This document shows, piece by piece, positions 12,306 through 23,443 of a DNA stretch of 64,000 nt (its first letter is position 1; the number at the start of each line of letters is the position of its first letter). The stretch is from Eledone cirrhosa. Taxonomy: Eukaryota. The DNA lies in contig OZ024741.1 of NCBI GenBank assembly GCA_964016885.1, forward strand, positions 218,984,001 to 219,048,000, given 5' to 3'. A program made the position numbers and the translations under genes. Under the pieces are notes generated by a model that did not search any database, was not told the DNA's origin, and saw nothing but the letters and a program-made list of their open reading frames with translations.

Positions 12306-13957
12306 TATGAGATGCGGCACGGTATTTAGGTATCACTTCTGTTTTTAGCCTAAGAAAATATCTATATGCGTGTGTAATTAATACACGCATACATTTATTT
12401 TTTTAATTTCAATTGAGTTCTTAACACGTTGGATTGATAATGTTTTTGAAAAAACTAATTAACCCACGTGTTTATTATTTTCTTTTCTCGTGAATCGTGG
12501 TTGTCTCCCTTTCCCACTTAGTGACGCTATGATATTTCCTCAGTCAATAGACTGCTGGAATTTCAAATTTGGCGGTCATTCGATGCGTGAAGGAGCAGCT
12601 TAGCAAACACAATTTTTAACTGCGGTAAGAATTTTCTCTTATATCAAAGTTTAATGGGCTTCCACTGAAGATTTATAAGTGCCCACCTAAATATATTCTT
12701 ACATGAATATATGTTAGGCTTCTACATAAACTGGAAACATTCTCCCAATTTGTAGAAAACTTATAATGAAACAATTGTTTGGAAAGAGAGATATATTTTA
12801 ACTTTAATTATATCTCATAAAATAATACAACTGGCTTTCTACAAAATACATATAGTTAGCACCCCAAACACTTAAATTGGGTTTATACTAACATATAATC
12901 TAATGTTTGTTGAGTGAGATGGTTACCAGTCGGAGTTTAGCTTTAAGCTATCTCTGTTATAGTATTAAATATTTTACTCTTGGTTTGGCCAGAGGTATTT
13001 ATTTCCAGGTACCTTATAAACATGACTTTCCGTATTTATTACTGTTATGAGATATGTAGGTTTTTTTGGTTGTCACTTCTCTGTTTTTAGCCTAAGAAAA
13101 TATATATATGCATGTGTATATAATTACATGCATACATTTATTTTTTTTTTATTAATTGAGTTCTTAACACGTGGAATTGATATTGGTTTTGAAATAACTA
13201 ATTAACCCGCGTGTATTAAATATTTTACTATTAATTTTGGCCAGAGATTTACATTCCCAATCGCCTTTTAAAACGCAACTTTCCGTATTTACTACGGTTA
13301 TGAGATGCGGCACGGTATTTAGGTATCACTTCTGTTTTTAGCCTAAGAAAATATCTATATGCGTGTGTAATTAATACACGCATACATTTATTTTTTTAAT
13401 TTCAATTGAGTTCTTAACACGTTGGATTGATAATGTTTTTGAAAAAACTAATTAACCCACGTGTTTATTATTTTCTTTTCTCGTGAATCGTGGTTGTCTC
13501 CCTTTCCCACTTAGTGACGCTATGATACTTCCTCAGTCAATAGACTGCTGGAATTTCAAATTTGGCGGTCATTCGATGCGTGAAGGAGCAGCTTAGCAGA
13601 CACGATTTTTAACTGCGGTAAGAATTTTCTCTTATATCAAAGTTTAATGGGCTTCCACTAAAGATTTATAAGTGCCCACCTAAATATATTCTTACATGAA
13701 TATATGTTAGGCTTCTACATAAACTGAAAACATTCTCCCAATTTGTAGAAAACTTATAATGAAACAATTGTTTGGAAAGAGAGATATATTTTAACTTTAA
13801 ATATATCTCATAAAATAATACAACTGGCTTTCCACAAAATACATATAGTTAGCACCCCAAACACTTAAATTGGGTTATACTAACATATAACCTAATGTTT
13901 GTTGAGTGAGATGGTTACCAGTCGGAGTTTAGCTTTAAGCTATCTCTGTTATTGTAT

Positions 13958-13960
<3 letters not shown>
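12306..13960. repeat. Tandem duplication, period 993 bp (~1.7 copies), with an internal diverged sub-repeat
   Basis: TGAGATGCGGCACGGTATTTAGG at 12308 and 13301, near-identical thereafter; 13045-13215 resembles 12306-12475. Confidence 0.9.
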
Positions 13961-13999
<39 letters not shown>

Positions 14000-14247
14000 G
14001 TAAACAGAAATAACAACAAAATCAGTACAGTATATAGAAGGGATATATTAGGTTAACGCTTGATATAGCAGGAAGAGGGTCTTAACGTTTCGGACGCTAG
14101 TCCTTCATCAGAGGAAATAAGATAGATTGAGATGACGGGCGGGTTGGAATTGGAAAAAATGTCTTTAGATAAAAATAACAGGTCCAGTCATGTTGACATC
14201 TCTTATATATACACACACGCACACACACACATACACACACGCGCGCG

Positions 14248-14317
<70 letters not shown>

Positions 14318-14369
14318 AATATATATATACCCATGCTAGCGTAGAAGATAGTCGTATAGACGTTAAACA

Positions 14370-14408
<39 letters not shown>

Positions 14409-14423
14409 ATAATGATATATATA

Positions 14424-14641
14424 CAGGGTCTCGTTAAAATGTATACACACTTCAACAGCAAAAAAAAAATGCATTGAAATAAATCCTGTTTTATATTATC
14501 TAAATTATGTAGATATTTTTGGGTGTTTACATACAATTGAATTATGTCTGTAGATTATTTTATTTTGGGAAAGTCTGCGTATTATAATAAATATTTACAG
14601 TACAGGTAATCAGAGTGTGTATACACTTGGGGGACACCCTG
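14424..14641. mobile_element. Tc1/mariner-type MITE
   Basis: TA|CAGGGTCTCGTTAAAATGTATACACACT ... AGTGTGTATACACTTGGGGGACACCCTG|TA: imperfect TIRs and TA target duplication. Confidence 0.75.
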
Positions 14642-14673
<32 letters not shown>

Positions 14674-14694
14674 TCTATATATATATATATATAT

Positions 14695-14750
<56 letters not shown>

Positions 14751-14756
<6 letters not shown>

Positions 14757-15699
14757 ATACTTTGGGAGCGTCATGTTGCCAATAAGAAACACACGCACCA
14801 GTTGCTTTCACTTCAATTTATTATAATAAATTTATAAATTTAGGAATTTATAAATTTCCGGTTGGTTGGTTGGTTCCACAACCAGATGGTTGTTTATATA
14901 TTGTCAAAGTTCTTTCGTCACACATTCTGTGACCTCTTCAGTGACTGGGGATTCTTTTCTTTGTTTTTGTGCCTCTCCTTTGTTCTGTCCTACGCCATCT
15001 TGTTTCTGTGTGTGTGTTGTGTGCTCAGTCTGCGCATGCGCCACATCCGGGTGTCTCTGTGTGTTTATATTCGTTTATTTATTTGTTTATTTACATGTTA
15101 CAGGTTGGTTGTTTGTTCTATGTCCGTGTGTGTTTTCATTTTGTCCTTAATTGTAAGTTGTGATGTTGCTGTTCCACTCATGTTTTCTATTTAATTTTGG
15201 TTGTAATTCTTTTATGTGTGGAACAGCAACATCACAACTTACAATTAAGGACAAAATGAAAACACACACGCACATAGAACAAACAACCAACCTGTAACAT
15301 GTAAATAAACAAATAAATAAACGAATATAAACACACACAGACACCCGGATGTGGCGCATGCGCAGACTGAGCACACAACACACACACACAAACAAGATGG
15401 CGTAGGACAGAACAAAGGAGAGGCACAAAAACAAAGAAAAGAATCCCAGTCACTGAAGAGGTCACAGAATGTGTGACGAAAGAACTTTGACAATATATAA
15501 ACAACCATCTGGTTGTGGAACCAACCAACCAACCGGAAATTTATAAATTCCTAAATTTATAAATTTATTATAATAAATTGAAGTGAAAGCAACTGGTGCG
15601 TGTGTTTCTTATTGGCAACATGACCCTCCCAAAGTATAACAATATCGGTTTCAACACACGTTTTCAGATAAAGAATCTTGCTAAACAAATTCAGAAACG

Positions 15700-15703
<4 letters not shown>
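14751..15703. mobile_element. Large palindromic element (arms 14751-15177 / 15218-15643, plus 60-nt tail); Penelope-type inverted pseudo-LTR
   Basis: ~427-bp near-perfect inverted arms, 40-nt spacer, hammerhead motif in each arm, flanked by (TA)n. Confidence 0.8.
15449..15491 (+). ncRNA. Minimal type I hammerhead ribozyme (mirror copy on minus strand at 14903-14945)
   Basis: GTCA-CTGAAGA-G-GTCACA gaatg TGTGAC-GAAA gaac TT-TGAC: 4-bp stem I, 6-bp stem II with an extra G before it, minimal stem III. Confidence 0.7.
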
Positions 15704-15750
<47 letters not shown>

Positions 15751-15773
15751 ATGATATATATATATACATCTAT

Positions 15774-15975
15774 CTAGGGCGGGTAAAATGCCCGAGATCC
15801 ATGGACGAGTTCTCTCCAGCGGTCTCTGTCCGTCACTATCGCTGCCATGTCCTGCGTCTCCAACAGACCAGTGTCTGTCCTTAGGGCATCAACATACGTT
15901 AACTTTGGTCTTCCTCTTCCAGTGTGTCCATGTAGGGGCTCCCACAAGAGCACTGAGTGCAATGTCAACTCTGGA
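15774..15975 (-). mobile_element. RTE-clade LINE 3' fragment
   Basis: VLLWEPLHGHTGRGRPKLTYVDALRTDTG..DRDRWRELV is a typical RTE C-terminus. Confidence 0.8.
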
Positions 15976-16152
15976 TATATATATATATATACATATATAC
16001 ACATTTCAAGAGTAACCAATCTTAAAGAGAGAGATGGAGTTAGGAGAGGAGAGATTCGTGAATTAGTTAGAAGCCAAAGCGTAAAGGTATGTGCTCAATG
16101 TTCAATATGCAGTGGAAAGCAGCTAGGTGGCTGGGTTCATGCAGAGCTGGGA

Positions 16153-18082
16153 ATATTCATTAGTTAAGCAAAACAAGACCACAAATTTCACAAGGAAGAC
16201 ATTATTAAAATATTGTCAACATAGGAATTAGCCCTTCGATGTTGACAGCTAATAGTTGCCTCCGTTCTATCGTTAATCGGTAGAGGTCGTGATAGAGTTA
16301 TGTAATATGCTTCGGTAATACAGAGATCACAAGATTTTCTCCGTCCATTGAACGGTTGGGCCCTAGCTAAGATATCCCATGTTAGTGAGTGTTCAATGTT
16401 GGTTAATTTAAGGTTTTTAATGAGCCTAGCTAGAGATGTCGAACATCTGTTGTTAGGCTCTCGGAAAGAAAAAGAGTGCGCGTTATAGCTTACCTTAAAA
16501 GGGTTAGAGGTAGACCCGATATAGGAGCTGGTATCCGAAGCAGTTTTAACCGTGCACCTATAGTCTATGTTGGGTGTCAGGCAGTGTCCATTTAGTGGGC
16601 ATGCATTAGGGTAACGGCAGTTGCAGTTACTTCTGCGGTTAGTGAGAGTAGGGTAGTTTAACCTAAGCGGTTGGTCAGTGTTAGAAGGATTAGATGGGGG
16701 AGGTGTGCTACTAGAGTAAGTATTGGTGTAGTGGCGTGGTGTATTTGATAGGGGTTGTGGTACCGCGGTGTGGGAGTTATACTGTCTTAGTTTATGATGG
16801 GTACTGAATGCGATGTGGCTAGCTCGGTTAGGTGTTGTGGAGAATGAGATTTTAATGTTATTTTTATTAAAGAGTTTGTAATATCTATGGTTGGGGGGGG
16901 GGGGTTTAGATAGGATAGAGAAGAAGCGTTTAGGGATATTAGTGGCTAGATTAGATGAGAATGGGGGATTAAGCCAGGTGATATTTCTAGGCCTATTCCT
17001 TCTAGGGGCTCTAGTGGAGTTGGTAGGGGCTTTCCTACGGTTATTATTACCTCGAGGTTAACTTTGCCTTTCATCCATACGGGGTCGATAAAATAAAGTA
17101 CCAGTAATGTACTGGGTAATTGCTGGCCTTGTGCCAAAATGTAGAAACAATTATTACCTGGGCATTTTTGTTATTTGTCATCCCATTGCTCATTCCTATT
17201 CTAGGGTTGATTTTTAGTTTGCTACTTGGAGTGGGAAGCAGACTGCTGACACCATTAAAGTTCCCTGTATAGGTGCTGTTACTGCTAAAATTCCGGTGAA
17301 TCTGGCTATATGCTAAGGTATATCTAGTTCTAGTGTTAAGTTTATTATGGTGAATTGCTGTGTTATGGCATTTAGGTATGTAGTTAGAACGGAGGTAACT
17401 ATTAGCTGTCAACATCGAAGGGCTAATTCCTTCGCCAACAGAATATTTGACCCAACATAGTCATCTAGCCCCATTTTTACTTGTAGCTAATAAGTTAAAT
17501 AGCTATAACTAACTTACATAATTATAAGTTACCTCCCTTACATTGTCTCTCAATTAAAAAATTAGCACTTAACTATAAACTACCCACAATTTCTAATCTC
17601 TCGAGGAGTTACTTCCCCTGAAGCCACCTTCTAATTAGTAAGGTAAATATGTCCATTGACGGCCATCTTGTTACCCATAGGCAGATCTCACACAATGCAG
17701 CCTCGACAGAAGAATACTGCTTGATTATGGCAGACAATTGATACACCCAAGACACCTTAGTGAAATGCCAATATATGGAACATTACATTTATGTAACATT
17801 CTTTCCTTATTTTAATTTATATTCCTTTGAAGTTCCGATAAGCCGCTCTATCTTTAACTATGTTAATTATTTTCAACTGAACCGGATCAATAATGATATA
17901 TAGTCATTTGATCCAGAAATATTATATGGAGTAGCGAAACAATTGTAAACGGACATTATTATTATTAATATTATTATTATTATTCTCTACATTCCTTACA
18001 TCAAACTAAAATATGTTGACAATCTTTGAATAATGTCTTCCTTGTGAAATTTGTGGTCTTGTTTTGCTTAACTAATGAATAT
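16153..18082 (-). mobile_element. Penelope-like retroelement (Naiad-type GIY-YIG endonuclease) with an inverted 3' copy
   Basis: Manual minus-strand translation of 16225-17000: RNITWLNPPFSSNLATNI..NHRYYKLFNKNNIKISFS..NCNCRYPNACPLNGHCL..YRCTV..SYIGSTSNPFK..WDILARAQPF..CDLCITE..INDRTEATISCQHRR. The plus strand at 17386-17430 repeats the C-terminus; 18010-18082 is the reverse complement of 16153-16222. Confidence 0.85.
17053..17150 (+). mobile_element. 5'-truncated SINE nested in the Penelope element
   Basis: SINE core and tail flanked by the direct repeat ATTATTACCT (17043-17052 and 17150-17159). Confidence 0.8.
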
Positions 18083-18210
18083 ATACATATATATATGTAT
18101 ATATATATGTATATATATATATGTATATATATACATATGTGTATATATATATGTATATATATATATGTATATATATACATATACATATATACACACACAC
18201 ACACAGATAT

Positions 18211-19200
18211 ATATAAGTATGTATACGTACATACATATATGTATACAGACGTACAGTAGTATGTATATATATATACATACATGCACACATATATATATGT
18301 ACGTATGGATTTACCGAACATTTATTATAATGCTCGGTTTGTTTGTAAACAAACATCCCGAATTAAGCCGTACAGTGTTTAGCAACCATCGTTGCCCTTT
18401 TGTTCAACACTGACAAAGGAACTATGTAGTAGTTTCAAGCTTATTAGCTATCGTCAGCACCGTATACCTTCCTGCCAGATGATTGAACGTCTGAAAGTAT
18501 ATACTTTACTTTTGCATATTAACGGCTGAGCACCCTAATTCGCATATCGAGTGAGTTAATCGGCCGGGCGCACCGAAAACGATAAATTGAAAAAATGAAA
18601 CGAAATTTCATTTCTCACTCTTAGTACGGCTGTTACTTAAATATAAGTATGTATACGGACATTCATATATGTATACAGACGTACAGTAGTATGTATATAT
18701 ATACATACATGCACACATATATATATATATGTACGTATGGATTTACCGAACATTTATTATAATACTCGGTTTGTTTGTAAACAAACATCCCGAATTAAGC
18801 CGTACAGTGTTTAGCAACCATCATTGCCCTTTTGTTCAACACTGACAAAGGAACTATGTAGTAGTTTCAAGCTTATTAGCTATCGTCAGCACCGTATACC
18901 TTCCTGCCAGATGATTGAACGTCTGAAAGTATATACTTTACTTTTGCATATTAACGGCTGAGCAACCTAATTCGCATATCGAGTGAATTAATCGGCCGGG
19001 CCAACCGAAAACGATATACGGAAAAAATTGAAACGAAATTTCATTTCCCACTCTTAGTACGGCTGTTACTTAAATATAAGTATGTATACGTACATACATA
19101 TATGTATACAGACGTATGTATATATATACATACATGCACACATATATATATGTACGTATGGATTTACCGAACATTTATTATATTGCTCGGTTTGTTTGTA
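18211..19200. repeat. Tandem repeat, period ~430 bp (~2.3 copies)
   Basis: ATATAAGTATGTATACG at 18211, 18641 and ~19074; units near-identical. Confidence 0.9.
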
Positions 19201-19558
19201 ACCTCAGCATCTTATTTTATTATTTTTTTATATATATACTATATATATATACTATATATATACAATATTTTTATCATACATCTTACTACTTCTCCTCCTC
19301 TGCGTATCTTTCTTCACCTCTTTCTCTCTCTTCCGTTCTCCCTCTTTCCCCGCTCCTCTCCCCCTCCTCTCTCTCTCCCCTCACCAGCTTATCTCGAAGT
19401 TCTTTGAAAATCGTTCTCGTTCTCGTTGTCTTGTCATAGTTTTGTTTTTATTATCTTGTAAGCTGACCTCAACAACAAATTCAAGTGTATTTGTTCCAGA
19501 TAATAAACCACACGATAATTATTATATCAATAAACGTTTAGACATTGGCGATGAGTGA

Positions 19559-20660
19559 GAAGAAGAAGAAGAAGAAGAAGAAGAAGAAGAAGAAGAAGAA
19601 GAAGAAGAAGAAGAAGAAGAAGAAGAAGAAGAAGAAGAAAGAGGAGGAGGAGGTGAAGAAGAAGAAGACGACGAAGAGGAGATTATTTTTTATTTTATGT
19701 TTTACTTAGAGCGATGAGAATCTAGACAATGACCACTACAACAACAACAACAACAACAACAGCGACGACGACAACAACGACGACCAGACCACGAAATAAT
19801 TATTTTGAGGTTAGCGCACTTTCCTCAAGATCGACCAATAAAGTATTAGTCCAGGTTAAATAGGTAGGGTGGTAGGTAGGTTGGTGGGTAGGTAGGTGTG
19901 TGGGTGGGTAGGTAGGTGGGTGGGTGGGTAGGGAGGTGGGTGGGTAGGGAGGTAGGTTGGTAGGTGGGTAGGTTGGTTGGTGGGTGAGTAGGTGGGTAGG
20001 TAGGTAGGTGGGTGGGTAGGGAGGGAGGTGGGTGGGTAGGGGGGGTAGGGGGGTAGGTAGGTGGGTGGGTAGGGAGGTAGGTAGGTGGATGGATTGATAG
20101 TACGGTAGATGGGTAGGTAGGTAGGTAGATGGGTGGGTAGGTAGGTAAGTGGGTTAAGTAGATAGATTGGGTAGTTAGGTGGGTAGGTTGGTTGGTAGAT
20201 GGATATGGAGGTAGTTAGTTGGGTAGATGGATAAATAGGTAGGTAGGTAGGTAGATAGATAGGTAGGTAGGTAGGTAGGTAGGTAGATAGATAGGTAGGT
20301 AGGTTGGTAGGTAGGTAGGTAGGTAGATAGATAGGTTGGTAGGTAGGTAGGTAGGTAGATAGATAGGTTGGTAGGTAGGTAGGTAGGTAGATAGATAGGA
20401 TGGTAGGTAGGTAGATAGGTAGGTAGGTTGGTAGATAGATAGGTAGGTAGGTGGATAGATAGATAAAGACGTATGTAGGATGGATAGAAAAATTGATACG
20501 TAGGTAGGTAGAGAGAGAGAGGGAGTGTGAGAGAGTGAGAGAGAGGGTGAGAGAGGGAGAGTGAGAGAGAGAGAGTGAGGGAGAGGGTGAGCTAGAGAGG
20601 GGGAGAGAGAGAGAGTGAGGGAGAGGGTGAGCTAGAGAGGGTGAGCTAGAGAGATAGCTA
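19559..20660. repeat. Microsatellite cluster: (GAA)n, (CAA)n, (GGTA/GGTG)n, (GATA)n, (GA)n
   Basis: Direct inspection. Confidence 0.95.
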
Positions 20661-20724
20661 AATAAGAGATAAGTGTTTTACTTTTAAATTCCACTTCAAA
20701 CATTCGTAGACAAGATGTTGGTAC

Positions 20725-21295
20725 TACAGTATGGTCGCGATGTGGGGGACCAACTGTTGGCAGTGCTCCAGTATGGCCGCAGTGTGGGGACTAACATCAC
20801 ACTGCTCCCTTATTGCCGTGGTGTGGGGGACCAACTGTTGACAGTGCTCCTGTTTGGCCGCGGTGTGGGGGACTAACATCACTGTTGGCAGCTCCAGTAT
20901 GGCCACGGTGTGGGGACTAGCATCACTGATGGCAGCTCCAGTATGGCCGCGGTGTGGGGACTAGCATCACTGATGGCAGCTCCAGTATGGCCGCGGTGTG
21001 GGGACTAGCATCACTGATGGCAGCTCCAGTATGGCCGCGGTGTGGGGACTAACATCACTGATGGCAACTCCAGTATGGCCACGGTGTGGGGGACTAGCAT
21101 CATTGATGGCAGCTCCAGTATGGCCGCGGTGTAGGTGATCAATGTCACAGTCACATGACAGTGCTCCAGTATGGCCACAGTGTGGGGCACCAACGTCACA
21201 GTCACATGACAGTGCTCCAGTGTGGGGCACCAACGTCACAGTTACATGACAGTGCTCCAGTATGGCTGCGGCGTGGAGGACCTACGTCACACTCA
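20725..21295. repeat. GC-rich 44-bp minisatellite
   Basis: Unit CATCACTGATGGCAGCTCCAGTATGGCCGCGGTGTGGGGACTAG (20921, 20965, 21009...). Confidence 0.92.
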
Positions 21296-21374
21296 CATCA
21301 GTGATAATCTAACTTTATATGTGCAGTGGTACAGCAGTTGGTCAATTGATGGAACAGCCTGCTCATGAAATTAT

Positions 21375-21845
21375 GGTGTAAGTGGCTGAGCATTCCATAG
21401 ACACATGTATCTTTAACATAATTCTCAGGGAGATTCAGCATGAGACAATGTGTTGTAAGGCTGCTCCTTTGAATTACAGATATAGTTTATTTTTACTGCT
21501 GTTTAAGTGTCTTAGCATACCTCAGACACATACTCCCATTACATAATTCTCAGGGAGATTCAGCATGGCACAGTGTGTTGTATAACTGATAATTTATTTT
21601 GACTTTGACGTAAGTGGCCAAGCATTCCACAGACACATATACCATTGACTTAATTCTCAGGGAGATTCAGTATATGACAGTGTGTAACAAGGCTGACCCC
21701 TTTATATTACAGGTATGGTCAATCTTGTATTCTAGTGTAAGTTGTTGAATATTCAATAGACATGTGTATTCTTAATGTAATTCTCAGGGACATTCAGTGT
21801 TAACCAGTTTGTGATGAGACTAACCCTTTGAATTACAGGTACAGT
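21375..21845. repeat. ~120-bp diverged tandem repeat (4 copies)
   Basis: AATTCTCAGGG.GATTCAG recurs at ~21420, 21545, 21652 and 21779. Confidence 0.8.
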
Positions 21846-22949
21846 CTCCATCCAACAGGTTTCTGAACGTCATCGTCATCATCATATGTTCATTTCCCAC
21901 GTTTGCTTGGGTTAGACAGTTACCAAGTTATGAGACAAGTCAGGTCAGGTGACCATCTCTTACTCATAAGGATCTGTATTTTGGCTTGGTTTCTATGACA
22001 GGATGCCCTTCTTAACACCAACCCTGTTACAGTGTGGGCTGGGTGTTTTTTTCATGTCAACAGAATGATCATCTTACAAGGTGGACTGGGTGCTTTTTGT
22101 TGTGTCACCGGTATGATCATCTTACTGGGTGTACTGGATGTTTTTGTTGTACTACCAGCATGACCACCTTATAGTGTGGACTGGGAGCTTTTTGTCATGT
22201 CACCAGCATGACCATCTTACAGGGTGGACTGGGTGCTTTTTGTTGTGTCACCAGCATGACCACCTTACAGGGTGAACTGGGTGCTTTTTACTCGTATCAC
22301 CAGCAGGACTACCTTACAGGGTGGACAAACAAACTATGGTAAATACCGTATTTGACAGCGTATAAGATGCATGGGCTTATAAGACTCATCTCAATTTGAG
22401 CAGGCATTTAAAAACAATAAATAAGTTTAAACTACAAATGTCAAGTGAAGGATGTAAAGTTTGTACATCATATTTTTTATTATCATTCTACATTGTAATT
22501 CTAGTTGTGATATTTTAGTACATTTTTAAAGCATAAGGAAGTGTGAATATAATTTCACTATATTCTCTACATTGAAGGCGCATGGCCTAATGGTCAGGGT
22601 GTTGGACTTACGATCGTAATGTTGTGGGTTCGATTCCTGGGCTGGGTTATGTGTTGTGCTCTTGAGCAAAACACTTCATCTCACATTGTTCCAGATTGAA
22701 TTAAAAGCAACAGATTGAATTAAAAGCAGACACAATCACAGGGATGGTTAAATAGTCGACACGATACTGTATAGATGATACAAAAGGGTAACATAACATA
22801 ACAACTCCTGGTCATCAGCTGTCATAATGGATGTACACTGTTTCAACCCCTACAGAGAGTACTGCGATGCATTTCAAGTAAGAAAAACAGAATCAGTTAT
22901 TTAGTAATCAGGATAAAGGCGTGCTGGAAAATTTATGAAATATCTAAGT

Positions 22950-23212
22950 GGAGGCACGTGGCCTAGTGGTAAGGGGTGTTGGACTTACAATCATAATGTC
23001 GTGGGTTCGATTCCTGGGCTGGGTTGTGTGTTGCGTTCTTGAGCAAAACATTTCATTTCACATTGTTCCAGTATACTCAGCTGAAAATGAGTAGCAGCAA
23101 TAGTTGGGGATTTAACCCTGTGATGGACTGGAGTCATGTCCAGGGGATGTCTTGTACTCTCAGTCGTTTCACACCATGAACCGGGATAAGAGCTGGCCTA
23201 ACAAGCCTTCTG
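22950..23212 (+). mobile_element. tRNA-derived SINE, second family (also 22575-22695; related minus-strand copy ~51190-51400)
   Basis: Box A TGGCCTAGTGG, box B GGTTCGATTCC, followed by a TTCTTGAGCAAAACA.TTCAT core. Confidence 0.75.
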
Positions 23213-23218
23213 ATTTAA

Positions 23219-23443
23219 CCCTTTAGCATTTAAACCGGCCATATCTGGCCAGAATTATTTCACTTCTTTCTGTTCAAACCGGTTGTAACTTGCCACTCAT
23301 ACTGATGTTAAGGTGTTGTTCTCAAAATAAATAATATCAAAATCTCAGAGATTCGATATTACGTATGTGAGATAATTATGTAAAAGAAAGCCTTTAATGC
23401 GAAAATACAATAGTATATATATAGTAATGTAAATGCTAAAGGG
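23219..23443. mobile_element. piggyBac-type MITE (other copies ~27592-27799 and ~34590-34763)
   Basis: TTAA|CCCTTTAGCATTTA ... TAAATGCTAAAGGG|TTAA: 14-bp TIR and TTAA TSD. Confidence 0.85.

Noticed and set aside
14862-15532. Hydrophobic Cys-rich ORFs on both strands
   Set aside because: They arise from the TG-rich palindrome and are not conserved in frame in the 56281 copy.
16225-16640. Selenocysteine recoding in the Naiad-like element
   Set aside because: All conserved cysteine codons read TGC/TGT; no in-frame TGA at those positions.
19865-20080. G-quadruplex-forming (GGGT/GGTA)n tract or telomere-like repeat
   Set aside because: Ordinary tetranucleotide microsatellite, not TTAGGG; G4 potential alone is not evidence of function.
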